Shown: one piece after another, positions 1-9,813 of the stretch
How the letters are laid out: every line of letters starts with the position of its first letter
How positions within the stretch are numbered: position 1 is the first letter of the stretch
Assembly (NCBI GenBank): GCA_024695315.1
Contig: JAILIJ010000046.1
Coordinates: forward strand, 1-39,192
Length of the DNA stretch: 39,192 nt
Direction of reading: 5' to 3'
DNA from: Bacteroidaceae bacterium
GTDB taxonomy: Bacteria; Bacteroidota; Bacteroidia; Bacteroidales; Bacteroidaceae
Program-made: the position numbers and the translations under genes
The notes under the pieces: model-generated
Told to the model about the DNA's origin: nothing
Database searches by the model: none
The model's input: the letters and a program-made list of their open reading frames with translations, nothing else

Positions 1-1
1 C

Positions 2-1645
2 TTCGGTATTGGTTTCCAAAAGGGTGCAGAATATCGCTTCTCTGTTTGGGCACGTAACCCTAATGGCGATGGTGATGTGAAGTTGCGCATTATGCTTTGT
101 GATCCATCTACAATGGGTGAGCGTCAGCAGTTTACAGATGCGGAAGTTGTGGTTTCTGGTAAGGAATGGAAGAAGTATGAAGTTGTCATGAAGTCTGCAA
201 AGACTGTTGATAAGGGTACTCTCCGTGTTATGCTTAGAAGAAATTCCAAGACTGTAGACCTTGAGCACATAAGTCTTTTCCCTGTTGATGTATATAAGGG
301 AGATTCAAATGGTCTTCGTAAGGACCTTGCCGAGGCTCTTGAGCAGCTCAAACCAGGTGTGTTCCGTTTCCCAGGAGGATGTATTGTTGAGGGTACTGAC
401 CTTGCTACACGTTACCAGTGGAAGAACTCTGTAGGTCCAGTTGAAAATCGTCCTTTGAATGAGAATCGTTGGCACTATACTTTCGATTACCGTTTCTTCC
501 CAGATTATTATCAGTCATACGGACTTGGATTCTATGAGTATTTCCGTTTGTCTGAGCAGATTGGTGCTGAACCACTTCCTGTTGTCAGCGTAGGTTTGTC
601 ATGTGAGTTCCAAAATGGTGATAAGCGTGGTGATATGCATGTTGACGTTGACCAGCTTCAGCCATATATCGATGATGTACTTGACCTTATTGAGTTTGCT
701 AATGGTGATCCAGAAAAGAATTCATGGGCTAAGCTTCGTGCTGATATGGGACATCCAGCTCCATTCAACCTCAAGTATGTTGCTATTGGTAATGAGCAGT
801 GGGGTGCTATCTATCCTGAGAACTTGAAGCCATTCATTGAGCAGGTTCGCAAGAAGTATCCTAATATCAAGATTATCGGTACTTCTGGTCCTGATTCAGA
901 GGGCGGTAAGTTCGATTACTTGTGGCCAGAGATGAGAAAACTTGGCGTTGACCTTGTTGATGAGCATTTCTATCGTAATGAAGAGTGGTTCTTGAAGTCT
1001 GGTAATCGTTATGACAATTATAAGCGCGGCAAGAAAGATCCTAAGGTATTTGCAGGTGAGTACGCTTGTCATGGTAAGGGCAAGAAGTGGAATCACTTCA
1101 ATGCTGCTCTTATGGAAGCTGCGTTCATGACTGATCTTGAGCGTAATGCCGATGTTGTTGAGATGGCTACTTATGCCCCTCTTTTCGCACACGTAGAAGG
1201 ATGGCAGTGGCGCCCAGATGCTATTTGGTTTGATAATCTTCGTTCTTTCAATTCTTGCTCATATTACGTTCAGCAGCTCTATTCTTTGAATAAGGGTACT
1301 AATATGATTTCTTTAACTATGAACGGTAAGCCAGTTGCAGGCAATAGCGATCAGGATGGTCTCTTTGCTTCAGCTGTATATGACAAGAATACTTCAGAGA
1401 TTATCATTAAGGTTGTGAATGTTGGAGACAAGGCTCAGGATGTTACTTTCAATCTTAAGGGTATGAAGAAGGGTAGCCATGCTGCTGAGTTGATAACTCT
1501 TCACTCTGATAACCTGACAGCAGAGAACACTCTTGAGGCTCCAAAGTCAATCATTCCACAGTCATCAAGCTTGACTATTGATGCTCCTTCTTGTGGTATT
1601 AGCGTTCCTGCGCGTACTTTCCAGATTTACAAGATAAAGAAGTAA
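2..1645 (+). CDS. alpha-L-arabinofuranosidase, GH51-like (5' end outside window)
   Basis: The frame is open from base 2 (FGIGFQKGAEYRF...), so the listed GTG at 77 is internal. FRFPGGCIVEG, VAIGNEQWG and FAGEYA motifs occur in GH51 order, and a hairpin terminator follows. Confidence 0.8.
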   Translation, partial: FGIGFQKGAEYRFSVWARNPNGDGDVKLRIMLCDPSTMGERQQFTDAEVVVSGKEWKKYEVVMKSAKTVDKGTLRVMLRRNSKTVDLEHISLFPVDVYKGDSNGLRKDLAEALEQLKPGVFRFPGGCIVEGTDLATRYQWKNSVGPVENRPLNENRWHYTFDYRFFPDYYQSYGLGFYEYFRLSEQIGAEPLPVVSVGLSCEFQNGDKRGDMHVDVDQLQPYIDDVLDLIEFANGDPEKNSWAKLRADMGHPAPFNLKYVAIGNEQWGAIYPENLKPFIEQVRKKYPNIKIIGTSGPDSEGGKFDYLWPEMRKLGVDLVDEHFYRNEEWFLKSGNRYDNYKRGKKDPKVFAGEYACHGKGKKWNHFNAALMEAAFMTDLERNADVVEMATYAPLFAHVEGWQWRPDAIWFDNLRSFNSCSYYVQQLYSLNKGTNMISLTMNGKPVAGNSDQDGLFASAVYDKNTSEIIIKVVNVGDKAQDVTFNLKGMKKGSHAAELITLHSDNLTAENTLEAPKSIIPQSSSLTIDAPSCGISVPARTFQIYKIKK

Positions 1646-1716
1646 GCTTTTTGATATGAATGTATTTTTATAGAAAGTATATTCTACAACTTACTCAATT
1701 TCATATTTGATAAATA

Positions 1717-1752
1717 AAATCCTCAAAGCGTTATGCTCTGAGGATTTTTTAT
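1717..1752 (+). terminator. intrinsic terminator after the GH51 gene
   Basis: AAATCCTCA (1717-1725) pairs with TGAGGATTT (1739-1747), followed by a T-run. Confidence 0.7.
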
Positions 1753-1874
1753 TGTTCCTGTCTGCTAAACATATTTTTAAGCAGGAATAATTGGTATAAA
1801 AACGTTCATTTTGCATAGGTTATTTAGGAGTATGATGTTGTACTCTGAGGGAAAAAACTCCAGAAGGAGCTATA

Positions 1875-1920
1875 TTTTTAAAAATAAGTCCGCAATACCT
1901 TGTTTATTGGTACTGCGGAC
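1875..1920 (-). terminator. intrinsic terminator after dacB-like gene
   Basis: GTCCGCAATACC / GGTACTGCGGAC hairpin (1888-1920, one mismatch). On the minus strand it is followed by TTATTTTTAAAAA. Confidence 0.6.
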
Positions 1921-1966
1921 TCATAATTTGTTGCTTTATGGTTTCTGACGACAATATTTTCTATTC

Positions 1967-3379
1967 TTATTTGACCATTTCTCGGCAAACCCTATCCTGG
2001 AAGTCTCGTGCATTCCATACGGGTGTGTCTTTCTGTATGATGGCAAAAGCATACCAATGACCATTTATGCCGTGTGCATATCCTGCAAGAGAAGATGTAC
2101 CAGTAGTCACGATTGTACCTGTTTTGCAAAAGATACGTCCTTTAGTATATCCGTATGACATTCTTTTCTTGAGTGAACCGGTGCGGTTGATGAGTCCTGG
2201 GCTTGCTAACCCTTCGCTGATTAAGATGTCGCGTATATCTTCTTTATTGTATGCCCAAAGAAGTAATTGTACAAGAAAGTCAGATGTGAGTCTGTTTTCT
2301 GGTGACAATCCGCTTCCGTCGTTGATGACAAATCCTTCTGATTTTGTGTCTATACCCATTTCCTCCATCAAGAACTTTTCAACTTCATGAGGAGACTTTC
2401 CGTATTGGCTGTGCGATTGCCATAGTCCTCCATAAACATTATCGAGATGGTAGAATATGCTTTCTGCCTTTATGTTGCTGCTATAGATAAGCATAGGAGC
2501 GAGCACCTTTATAAGTGGTGTCTGGGAGGAGATAATACACTCGGCATTGTTTGTTAACTGGTCGAGGGCAATTCTTCTCATCATGTGATTTAAGTCGAAA
2601 GAAGGGTCTCCGAAGTGTTCTTGTGCCACTTTTGTCCAGTATTCGTTTAGATTTGGATCTTTGAGTGTGAACTGCTCTTCTTTGACTTTTATGCCTTTAT
2701 TTGCGAGTGTCTGTATGAAATTACGTTTAATGAATTTCTCCCCTTTGAGAAGTAGTGGCAATTTGAAGTATTTTATGTCCCATGGCTTGTCTGTTGGATG
2801 TGGACGTAAAGTGTCTCTTCTAGCCAAATTCATTATTATATTTCCCTCAATACGTTTGATGCCCTTTTCCTTAACAGCTTTTGCCCATTGATTGAAGTCC
2901 ATAAACAAAGGGTTGTCGTCCATCTTTAGGATTAAAGACCCGTTGAGAGTTCCGTTCTCGTCAATAGTTCCGTTCATGAATAGGGAGTCGCAAAATTCGT
3001 AGTTTTCTCCCAAACGGTCAATGGCAGTTATGGCAGTAAGCAGTTTCATACATGATGCAGGCGCCATGAGCATCTGGTCATTATGATTATAGATGTATGT
3101 GCCTGTTGATATGTCGTATATGCTTATTGCGGTATTGTCATGTGTTATTCCTCTTCTAAAAGTTGTTAAGAGTTTGTCTATACTCTGTTGCATGTGCATA
3201 TCGTGATGGAAGATATATGCAGCAGAGTCAGACTTGTCTTTTGTAGCGTTTTGTATTAAGGTTGGTACCTCATTCTTGTTCTCAATTGTTTCTGTTTTGT
3301 CCGTTTTGCCAGGTTTAATAGGTCCTGACTTCCATATTGCTAATAGTGATAAAAATAGTAGATACGTTAGATGTCTCAT
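1967..3379 (-). CDS. dacB: D-alanyl-D-alanine carboxypeptidase/endopeptidase (PBP4, peptidase S13 type)
   Basis: N-terminal signal sequence and three motifs in PBP4 order: SxxK (SCMK), DGSGLSPEN and KTG (CKTGT). Size is 470 aa. Confidence 0.8.
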   Translation of the reverse strand: MRHLTYLLFLSLLAIWKSGPIKPGKTDKTETIENKNEVPTLIQNATKDKSDSAAYIFHHDMHMQQSIDKLLTTFRRGITHDNTAISIYDISTGTYIYNHNDQMLMAPASCMKLLTAITAIDRLGENYEFCDSLFMNGTIDENGTLNGSLILKMDDNPLFMDFNQWAKAVKEKGIKRIEGNIIMNLARRDTLRPHPTDKPWDIKYFKLPLLLKGEKFIKRNFIQTLANKGIKVKEEQFTLKDPNLNEYWTKVAQEHFGDPSFDLNHMMRRIALDQLTNNAECIISSQTPLIKVLAPMLIYSSNIKAESIFYHLDNVYGGLWQSHSQYGKSPHEVEKFLMEEMGIDTKSEGFVINDGSGLSPENRLTSDFLVQLLLWAYNKEDIRDILISEGLASPGLINRTGSLKKRMSYGYTKGRIFCKTGTIVTTGTSSLAGYAHGINGHWYAFAIIQKDTPVWNARDFQDRVCREMVK

Positions 3380-3569
3380 TTATAATCCCTGAAAATACAC
3401 TTATTAAAGATTTCTATGCTATATAATAATCTGAAGTAGTTAGAAAGTCGATAGATGATATGGAAAACATATCGTGTAGTCTCTTTAATTTCTATATTAC
3501 TTCACTTATAACTCCTTTTTACTTCCTGCAAGTGAGTGTTTGCCTAACTTGCGAAACTTGAGTGATAAT

Positions 3570-4325
3570 CTAATCCTTTATTACCACTTCTACAGGGCAG
3601 TGGTCACTTCCCATTATTTCTGAGTGTATAGATGCACTCTCGAGTCGTTCTGTCAATCTGTTTGACACGAGGAAATAATCTATGCGCCATCCGGCGTTTT
3701 TCTCTCTTGCATGGAAACGGTAGCTCCACCAAGAGTATGCACCTTCTTGTGAAGGGTAGAAGAAACGAAAAGTGTCTGTAAATCCGCTATCGAGCAAGAT
3801 TGTCATTTTTTCTCGCTCTTCATCGGTAAATCCTGCATTTCTTCTATTTGTCTTTGGATTCTTTATGTCTATTTCTTTGTGAGCAACATTCATGTCCCCA
3901 CAAACTATTATTGGCTTAATTTTGTCGAGACGTAGGAGATAATCTCTAAATGCCTCTTCCCATGTCATGCGGTAGTCCAAACGTCGTAATTCGTCTTGAG
4001 AATTAGGAGTGTAGACGGTAATCAGGTAGTGGTCCTCGAATTCCAGCGTTATAACCCTGCCTTCGTGGTCGTGTTCTTCAATACCCAGTCCATAAGAAAC
4101 ACTTATTGGCTCTTTGCGTGTGAAGATTGCTGTTCCTGAATAGCCTTTTTTTTCAGCATAGTTCCAGTAGGATTTATATCCTGGAAAATCAATATCAAGC
4201 TGTCCTTCCTGCATTTTTGTTTCCTGAAGGCAAAAGGCGTCTGCATTTAGCTTCTCAAATGACTCTTTGAAGTCTTTTCCAACGCAAGCACGTAGGCCAT
4301 TAACATTCCAACTTATATATTTCAT
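3570..4325 (-). CDS. xth: exodeoxyribonuclease III
   Basis: MKYISWNVNGLRA N-terminus, CLQETK, CGDMNVAH and SDHCPV motifs typical of the ExoIII/APE family. Size is 251 aa. Confidence 0.93.
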   Translation of the reverse strand: MKYISWNVNGLRACVGKDFKESFEKLNADAFCLQETKMQEGQLDIDFPGYKSYWNYAEKKGYSGTAIFTRKEPISVSYGLGIEEHDHEGRVITLEFEDHYLITVYTPNSQDELRRLDYRMTWEEAFRDYLLRLDKIKPIIVCGDMNVAHKEIDIKNPKTNRRNAGFTDEEREKMTILLDSGFTDTFRFFYPSQEGAYSWWSYRFHAREKNAGWRIDYFLVSNRLTERLESASIHSEIMGSDHCPVEVVIKD

Positions 4326-4352
4326 AAAGGCTTACTTGTTTTTATGTGCGTG

Positions 4353-4360
4353 CAAATATA
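4353..4360 (-). promoter_or_regulatory. Bacteroidota -7 box (TATATTTG) for xth
   Basis: The reverse complement of CAAATATA matches TAnnTTTG, about 28 nt upstream of the ATG at 4325. Confidence 0.55.
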
Positions 4361-4445
4361 GTAATAATAAACCATATTTTATCTTTTTTTTTATGATTTG
4401 TCAACTGAAAAATGCAAAACTATTGTCGGAAAGAAATAATTTTTA

Positions 4446-4453
4446 TACCTTTG
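4446..4453 (+). promoter_or_regulatory. Bacteroidota -7 box (TACCTTTG) for the rha operon
   Basis: TAnnTTTG match 32 nt upstream of the rhaB ATG at 4485. Confidence 0.6.
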
Positions 4454-4484
4454 ACAAGAATTTAACTTAAACCTTAACTTAAGA

Positions 4485-5960
4485 ATGACAACAACTAACT
4501 TCTTTGCCGTTGACCTTGGTGCTACTAGTGGACGTACTATTTTGGGGTCTATTGTTGATGGTAAATTAGAACAACGAGAGCTGACTCGTTTTCCAAATAA
4601 TATAATTCAGACAGGTGGACATTTCTTCTGGGATATCTATGCTTTGTATAATGAGATTATCAGAGGATTGAAGGTCGTTGCTGAAGAGAAAATAGAGATA
4701 TCATCTATTGGTATTGACACATGGGGTGTTGACTTCGTGTTTGTTGGTGATGATGGAGGTATACTGCGTAATCCTTATTGCTATCGTGATCCATTCACGG
4801 ATAATGCTATGGAGGATTACTTCAATCTTATACCAAAGGAAATGGTATATGAGAAGACAGGTATTCAGTTTATGCAGTTTAACTCACTCTTCCAGTTGTG
4901 TGCTATGAGAAAGAATAGAGATTCTGCGTTGGCTGCTGCTAATAAGATTCTCTTTGTTCCTGATGCGTTGACTTATATGCTTACTGGCGAGGCTGTATGT
5001 GAATATACGATACTTAGCACGAGCCAGTTGCTTGATCCACGTACTAAGAAGATTGATGTAGAACTCATCAATGTGCTTGGTTTGGAAGAAAGCCATTTTG
5101 GACGTTATGTAAATCCAAGTGATAAAGTAGGTGTCCTTACTGAGGAAGTACAGAAGATTACAGGTCTTGGACCTGTTCCTGTTATTGCTGTGGCTGGTCA
5201 TGATACAGGTTCTGCAGTTGCTGCTGTTCCTGCTCAGAACGAAAAATTCGCTTATCTTTCTTGTGGTACATGGTCTTTGCTTGGTATCGAAACTAAGGAT
5301 GCTATTATCAGCAAGAAGAGCTTCAAGTATAATTTTACAAATGAGGGAGGTATCGAGGGTACTACTCGTTTCTTGAAGAATATTTGTGGTATGTGGCTTC
5401 TTGAGCGTTGCCGTCAGGAATGGACAGATGCGCCTAAGGATGTTAACCAGATAAATAGAGAGAGCATGGATGTGCCTGCTTTCCAGAACTTCATTTATCC
5501 TGATGCTCCTGAGTTTGCTAATCCTGCAAGTATGGTGGATGCAATTCAGAACTTCTGCCGTAGGACAGGTCAGCCTGTTCCTCAGACATATAAGGAAATT
5601 GCTCGATGCATATTCCAGAGTCTTGCTATGCGTTATCGTCAGGTGCTCGGCTATCTTAAGGATATGGCTCCATTCCCAATCGAGAAACTTCATGTCATTG
5701 GTGGTGGAACAAAGAACGTTTATCTCATGCAGATGGCTGCTAATGCCATTGGCATGGAAGTCGTGACTGGTCCTATGGAAGGTACAGCTATCGGAAATAT
5801 AATGCTTCAGGCTAAGGCTGCTGGACTTGTGAATGACATGTTTGAGATGCGTAAGATTATTGCTGACAGCATCGAACTTGCTACATATACTCCTAAGGAG
5901 ACTGATGAGTGGGAGGCTGCTTATCAGAAGTATCTCCAAGTTACTCAGGAGTACGTATAA
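4485..5960 (+). CDS. rhaB: rhamnulokinase
   Basis: FGGY-type kinase N-terminus (FAVDLGATSGR), 491 aa, collinear with E. coli RhaB, first gene of a rha cluster. Confidence 0.92.
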   Translation: MTTTNFFAVDLGATSGRTILGSIVDGKLEQRELTRFPNNIIQTGGHFFWDIYALYNEIIRGLKVVAEEKIEISSIGIDTWGVDFVFVGDDGGILRNPYCYRDPFTDNAMEDYFNLIPKEMVYEKTGIQFMQFNSLFQLCAMRKNRDSALAAANKILFVPDALTYMLTGEAVCEYTILSTSQLLDPRTKKIDVELINVLGLEESHFGRYVNPSDKVGVLTEEVQKITGLGPVPVIAVAGHDTGSAVAAVPAQNEKFAYLSCGTWSLLGIETKDAIISKKSFKYNFTNEGGIEGTTRFLKNICGMWLLERCRQEWTDAPKDVNQINRESMDVPAFQNFIYPDAPEFANPASMVDAIQNFCRRTGQPVPQTYKEIARCIFQSLAMRYRQVLGYLKDMAPFPIEKLHVIGGGTKNVYLMQMAANAIGMEVVTGPMEGTAIGNIMLQAKAAGLVNDMFEMRKIIADSIELATYTPKETDEWEAAYQKYLQVTQEYV

Positions 5961-6085
5961 AGAATGTATCAGTTAGACGCTAGGAAAGTGACGCACATGT
6001 TTTTCCTGGTCTTCCTGGGCAGACTTTTTCTATAAACAATTAAGTATAATAAAATCTAACAATAACAAATACTAACCATTTATTT

Positions 6086-7339
6086 ATGAAAACAGAACTT
6101 ATTTCAAAAGCATATGAGGTTGCTAAAGCACGCTATGCTGAGTGTGGTGTTGATACAGAGGCAGTCCTCAAACAGTTACAGGATTTTCACCTTTCACTTC
6201 ATTGCTGGCAGGCAGATGACGTGCACGGCTTCGAGGTACAGGCAGGCGCTATGTCTGGTGGTATTCAGTCAACAGGTGATTTCCCAGGTGCAGCACGCAA
6301 TATAGATGAGCTTCGTAAGGATATCCTAAAGGCAAAGTCACTTATTCCAGGTAACCACCGTTTGAATCTTCATGAGATTTATGGCGATTTTCAGGGTAAG
6401 GTTGTCGATCGTGATGAGATTACTGTAGACTATTTCAAGTCTTGGATAGAGTGGGGTAAGGAGAACAATACTCTTCTTGACTTTAACTCAACATCTTTCT
6501 CTCACCCTAAGTCTGGCAGTCTTTCTTTGTCAAACCCAGATAAGGGTATTCGTGATTTCTGGATTGAGCATACTAAGCGTTGCCGTGACATTGCAAATGC
6601 TATGGGTGAGGCACAGAACGATCCATGTATAATGAACCTTTGGGTTCACGATGGTTGTAAGGATCAGAGCGTTAATCACTTCATGTATCGTAAATATCTT
6701 AAGGAGTCACTTGATGAGATCTTCGCTAAAAAGCAGCCTATGATGAAGGATACTATTGAAGGTAAAGTATTCGGTATCGGTCTTGAGAGCTTTACTGTTG
6801 GTTCACATGACTTCTATACAGGATATGCAGCTTCACATAATATGATGCAGACTATCGATACTGGTCACTATCATCCAACTGAGATGCCTGGTGATAAGGT
6901 AAGCGCTTTGCTTCAGTTCCTCCCAGAGTTGATGCTTCACGTTAGCCGTCCTGTACGTTGGGACTCTGACCACGTTACAATTATGGATGATCCTACTCAG
7001 GATCTCTTCTCAGAAATCGTTCGTGCTGGAGCTCTTGATCGTGTACACTATGGTCTTGACTTCTTTGATGGTTCAATCAACCGTATCGGAGCTTACGTTA
7101 TCGGTTCTCGTTCTGCTCAGAAGTGTATGCTTCGTGCTCTCCTCGAGCCAAAGGAGCTTATCAGCAAGTTGGAAATCGCTGGTGAGGGATACAAGGTTCT
7201 CGGTCTTATCGAGGAACAGAAGGCTATGCCATGGCAGGCTGTTTACGATGAATTCTGTGTACGTAATAATGTACCTGTTGGTGCTGAGTTTATGGCAGAA
7301 ATCGACAAGTATGTTGCTGATGTAACTTCAAAGCGATAA
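6086..7339 (+). CDS. rhaA: L-rhamnose isomerase
   Basis: 417 aa. LSLHCWQADDVHGFE closely parallels the E. coli RhaA motif MHCWQGDDVSGFE. Confidence 0.95.
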   Translation: MKTELISKAYEVAKARYAECGVDTEAVLKQLQDFHLSLHCWQADDVHGFEVQAGAMSGGIQSTGDFPGAARNIDELRKDILKAKSLIPGNHRLNLHEIYGDFQGKVVDRDEITVDYFKSWIEWGKENNTLLDFNSTSFSHPKSGSLSLSNPDKGIRDFWIEHTKRCRDIANAMGEAQNDPCIMNLWVHDGCKDQSVNHFMYRKYLKESLDEIFAKKQPMMKDTIEGKVFGIGLESFTVGSHDFYTGYAASHNMMQTIDTGHYHPTEMPGDKVSALLQFLPELMLHVSRPVRWDSDHVTIMDDPTQDLFSEIVRAGALDRVHYGLDFFDGSINRIGAYVIGSRSAQKCMLRALLEPKELISKLEIAGEGYKVLGLIEEQKAMPWQAVYDEFCVRNNVPVGAEFMAEIDKYVADVTSKR

Positions 7340-7342
7340 GTT

Positions 7343-8374
7343 ATGGATATTGCTATAGGATTACTTATCATAGCTATTGGCGCATTTTGCCAAAGTTCAT
7401 GTTATGTGCCTATTAACAAGATAAAGGATTGGAGCTGGGAGAGCTACTGGATTATCCAGGGAGTCTTTGCTTGGCTCCTCCTTCCTTTCTTGGGAGCACT
7501 TCTTGCTGTACCTGAAGGGCATTCGCTCTTTGAACTTTTTGCAGGTGCAGATGCGTTTAATATTTGGATGACAATACTCTTTGGAGTGTTATGGGGTGTT
7601 GGTGGACTTACTTTCGGTTTGTCTATGCGTTACCTCGGAGTTGCTTTGGGACAGTCTATCGCACTTGGTACATGTGCTGGTCTTGGAACTGTTATGGGAC
7701 CTATATTCCTTAATTTCTTCTTTCCAGAAGACGATCCGTTGTCTCAGCTTACTTCTTCGGTACTTATTGGAGTGGCAGTAACTCTTATTGGTATTGCTAT
7801 CATTGGATTTGCTGGTTCTTTAAAGTCCGCTTCATTATCAGAGGAGGAGAATAAAGAAGCTGTTAAGGATTTTGATTTTACTAAGGGATTGGCTATTGCT
7901 TTGCTTGCTGGTTTCATGAGTGGATGTTTTAATGTGGGACTCGCTTTTGGTGAAGATATAAAGTTGCCAGATTCTAATCCTATGTTTGCCACTCTTCCTG
8001 CTACTTTGCTCGTAACTTTGGGTGGCTTTGTGACAAATGCAGTATACTGTTTCTACCAAAATCATGTTAATGGTACGTGGGGCGATTATAAGAAGAAGTC
8101 TGTATGGACCAATAACTTGATATTCTGCCTTATTGCAGGTGCACTCTGGTATAGTCAGTTTTTCGGACTCTCTTTAGGAAAGGGTTTTCTCACAGAATCA
8201 CCAGTGCTCATGACATTTGCATTCTGTATTCTCATGGCATTGAATGTGACATTCTCTAATGTCTGGGGAATTATTCTTGACGAGTGGAAAGGATGCTCAA
8301 AGAAAACTATTACTGTTCTTGTGATAGGATTGTTGATACTTATTATTTCAACTTTCCTCCCTCAATTACTATAA
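7343..8374 (+). CDS. rhaT: L-rhamnose/H+ symporter
   Basis: About 10 TM segments. KIKDWSWESYW matches the RhaT N-terminal signature (KVKKWSWETMW in E. coli). It starts 4 nt after the rhaA stop. Confidence 0.9.
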   Translation: MDIAIGLLIIAIGAFCQSSCYVPINKIKDWSWESYWIIQGVFAWLLLPFLGALLAVPEGHSLFELFAGADAFNIWMTILFGVLWGVGGLTFGLSMRYLGVALGQSIALGTCAGLGTVMGPIFLNFFFPEDDPLSQLTSSVLIGVAVTLIGIAIIGFAGSLKSASLSEEENKEAVKDFDFTKGLAIALLAGFMSGCFNVGLAFGEDIKLPDSNPMFATLPATLLVTLGGFVTNAVYCFYQNHVNGTWGDYKKKSVWTNNLIFCLIAGALWYSQFFGLSLGKGFLTESPVLMTFAFCILMALNVTFSNVWGIILDEWKGCSKKTITVLVIGLLILIISTFLPQLL

Positions 8375-8404
8375 AAATAATAATTTAATTTTAAGGTAAA
8401 AAAT

Positions 8405-9226
8405 ATGGCTTCAATTTTAGATGGTCGCAAGGGATTGGCTGAGGTAATCGACCAGATTGCTGAAGTTACAGGTTATCTCTGGCAAAAAGGATGGGCTGAG
8501 CGTAATGGTGGTAATATCACTGTAAACGTTACGGAATTTATGGATGATGAGTGTAAGGCTATGCCAGCTATCGCTCCTGTTAAGCAGATAGGACTGGTAC
8601 TTCCTTATCTCAAAGGAAAATACTTCTATTGTAAGGGTACAGGAAAGCGTATGCGTGACCTTGCAAAGTTCCCTATGCAGAATGGCTCTATAATCCGCAT
8701 TTGTGACGACTGTGCTAGTTATGAGATAATTGCAGACGAACCTGTTTGCCCAACTTCTGAGCTTCCTACTCACCTTATACTCCAGAATCACCTCTTAGAA
8801 ACTGGTAGTTGTTATAAGGCTACGCTTCATACTCATCCTATTGAGCTTGTAGCAATGTCTCATATTGGCCGATTCTTGCAACGTGACGAGATGACTCGTG
8901 TACTTTGGTCTATGATTCCTGAGACTCTTGCATTTGCTCCTCTTGGCATAGGTATAGTTCCTTATGGACTTCCAAGTTCTGTAGAGCTTGCTAAAGATAC
9001 TCTTGAGCAGATTAAGACTCACGACGTTGTGATGTGGGAGAAGCATGGTACAGTTGCCGTTGGACAGGATATAATGGATGCTTTCGATCAGACTGATGTT
9101 TTGAATAAGGCAGCTACTATTTATATGACGGCTCGCTCAATGGGTAGTGAGCCAGACGGAATGACTGCTGAGGCAATGAAAGAAGTACAGGATGTCTTTA
9201 ATCTTCCAAAAAAGCGTCCTTGCTAA
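8405..9226 (+). CDS. rhaD: rhamnulose-1-phosphate aldolase (class II aldolase)
   Basis: KGWAERNGGNITV parallels E. coli RhaD KGWDERNGGNLTL, with a His-rich metal site (TLHTHP). Size is 273 aa. Confidence 0.9.
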   Translation: MASILDGRKGLAEVIDQIAEVTGYLWQKGWAERNGGNITVNVTEFMDDECKAMPAIAPVKQIGLVLPYLKGKYFYCKGTGKRMRDLAKFPMQNGSIIRICDDCASYEIIADEPVCPTSELPTHLILQNHLLETGSCYKATLHTHPIELVAMSHIGRFLQRDEMTRVLWSMIPETLAFAPLGIGIVPYGLPSSVELAKDTLEQIKTHDVVMWEKHGTVAVGQDIMDAFDQTDVLNKAATIYMTARSMGSEPDGMTAEAMKEVQDVFNLPKKRPC

Positions 9227-9249
9227 GTAAATAATATCATTTTTATTTT

Positions 9250-9292
9250 ATCAATCTCATAAGAAATTGTTCTTATGAGATTGATTTTTTTG
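9250..9292 (+). terminator. intrinsic terminator of the rha operon
   Basis: Perfect 15-bp stem ATCAATCTCATAAGA / TCTTATGAGATTGAT with a 6-nt loop, followed by T7. Confidence 0.85.
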
Positions 9293-9428
9293 TTTTAAAT
9301 GTCCTTTTTTTTGTGTGTAATTGTTCTTTATAAGTGTATTTTTGTCCTTTTTGTTTTGCTATTTTATAAAAAGTGTTAGATAAATGTAAAAAATACATTC
9401 AAAATATTGTGGTAATCTTATTTTTTCA

Positions 9429-9436
9429 TATCTTTG
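9429..9436 (+). promoter_or_regulatory. orphan -7 box (TATCTTTG) with no CDS downstream
   Basis: TAnnTTTG match, with a TTG about 18 nt upstream. The nearest downstream plus-strand signal is the terminator at 9569-9603. Confidence 0.4.
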
Positions 9437-9442
9437 CAATAA

Positions 9443-9603
9443 ATTATGAAGATAAATATTCATATATATATTATGCTATTGGACACATCCTCGAGGATTT
9501 ATCTAAGAGGAAAAGAGTCGTGAGGCTCTGGTCCACCCCAATAGAAATATTTAACATTTCACCTGATTATTCCTGCGCCGAGAGGTGCGGGAATAGTTTT
9601 TTT
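9443..9603 (+). ncRNA. candidate ~160-nt small RNA (promoter-to-terminator unit), family unknown
   Basis: It is bounded by the -7 box at 9429-9436 and the terminator hairpin at 9569-9594 plus a T-run. It contains the palindrome ATCCTCGAGGAT. No convincing ORF is present; the best is 25 aa. Confidence 0.3.
9569..9603 (+). terminator. strand-specific intrinsic terminator
   Basis: ATTCCTGCGCC-GAGA-GGTGCGGGAAT has two G.U wobble pairs that exist only in the plus-strand RNA, followed by AGTTTTTTT. Confidence 0.6.
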
Positions 9604-9813
9604 ATGTATATAAGGCTCAATGGTGGCAGTAGATATTTATCTGCTCAGTGGATTTTTTAGATAATTTGGAACTTTTGCTTATTCTTTTATATTATGTGCA
9701 CTAAAACTTTGTCTCTTTTGCGTACTTTCATGCAGAACAATTTATTCAATGAAGCAGAAAAATTTCTTTATTCCTACTGGGCAATTCTATGCCTATTGTG
9801 AAACAATTCATAA

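Noticed and set aside
4141-4150. T9 homopolymer inside xth as a possible phase-variation tract
   Set aside because: It encodes Lys-Lys in a conserved housekeeping nuclease (..AEKKGYSG..). There is no evidence of a frameshifted copy, and runs of this length are common in AT-rich coding DNA.
4884-5939. 351-aa ORF antisense to rhaB
   Set aside because: It lies entirely within the confidently identified rhamnulokinase gene on the opposite strand. Its composition is Ser/Leu/Ile-rich and low in complexity with no motifs, typical of a shadow ORF. The same reasoning applies to the other short antisense or out-of-frame ORFs inside the GH51, dacB, rhaA, rhaT, rhaD, PL11, GH2, GH95, GH31, sensor and TonB_C genes.
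9373-9660. 95-aa ORF in the gap after rhaD
   Set aside because: It spans a predicted promoter box and an intrinsic terminator, is AT-rich and low in complexity, and has no motif. It is better explained as non-coding sequence containing the candidate sRNA.
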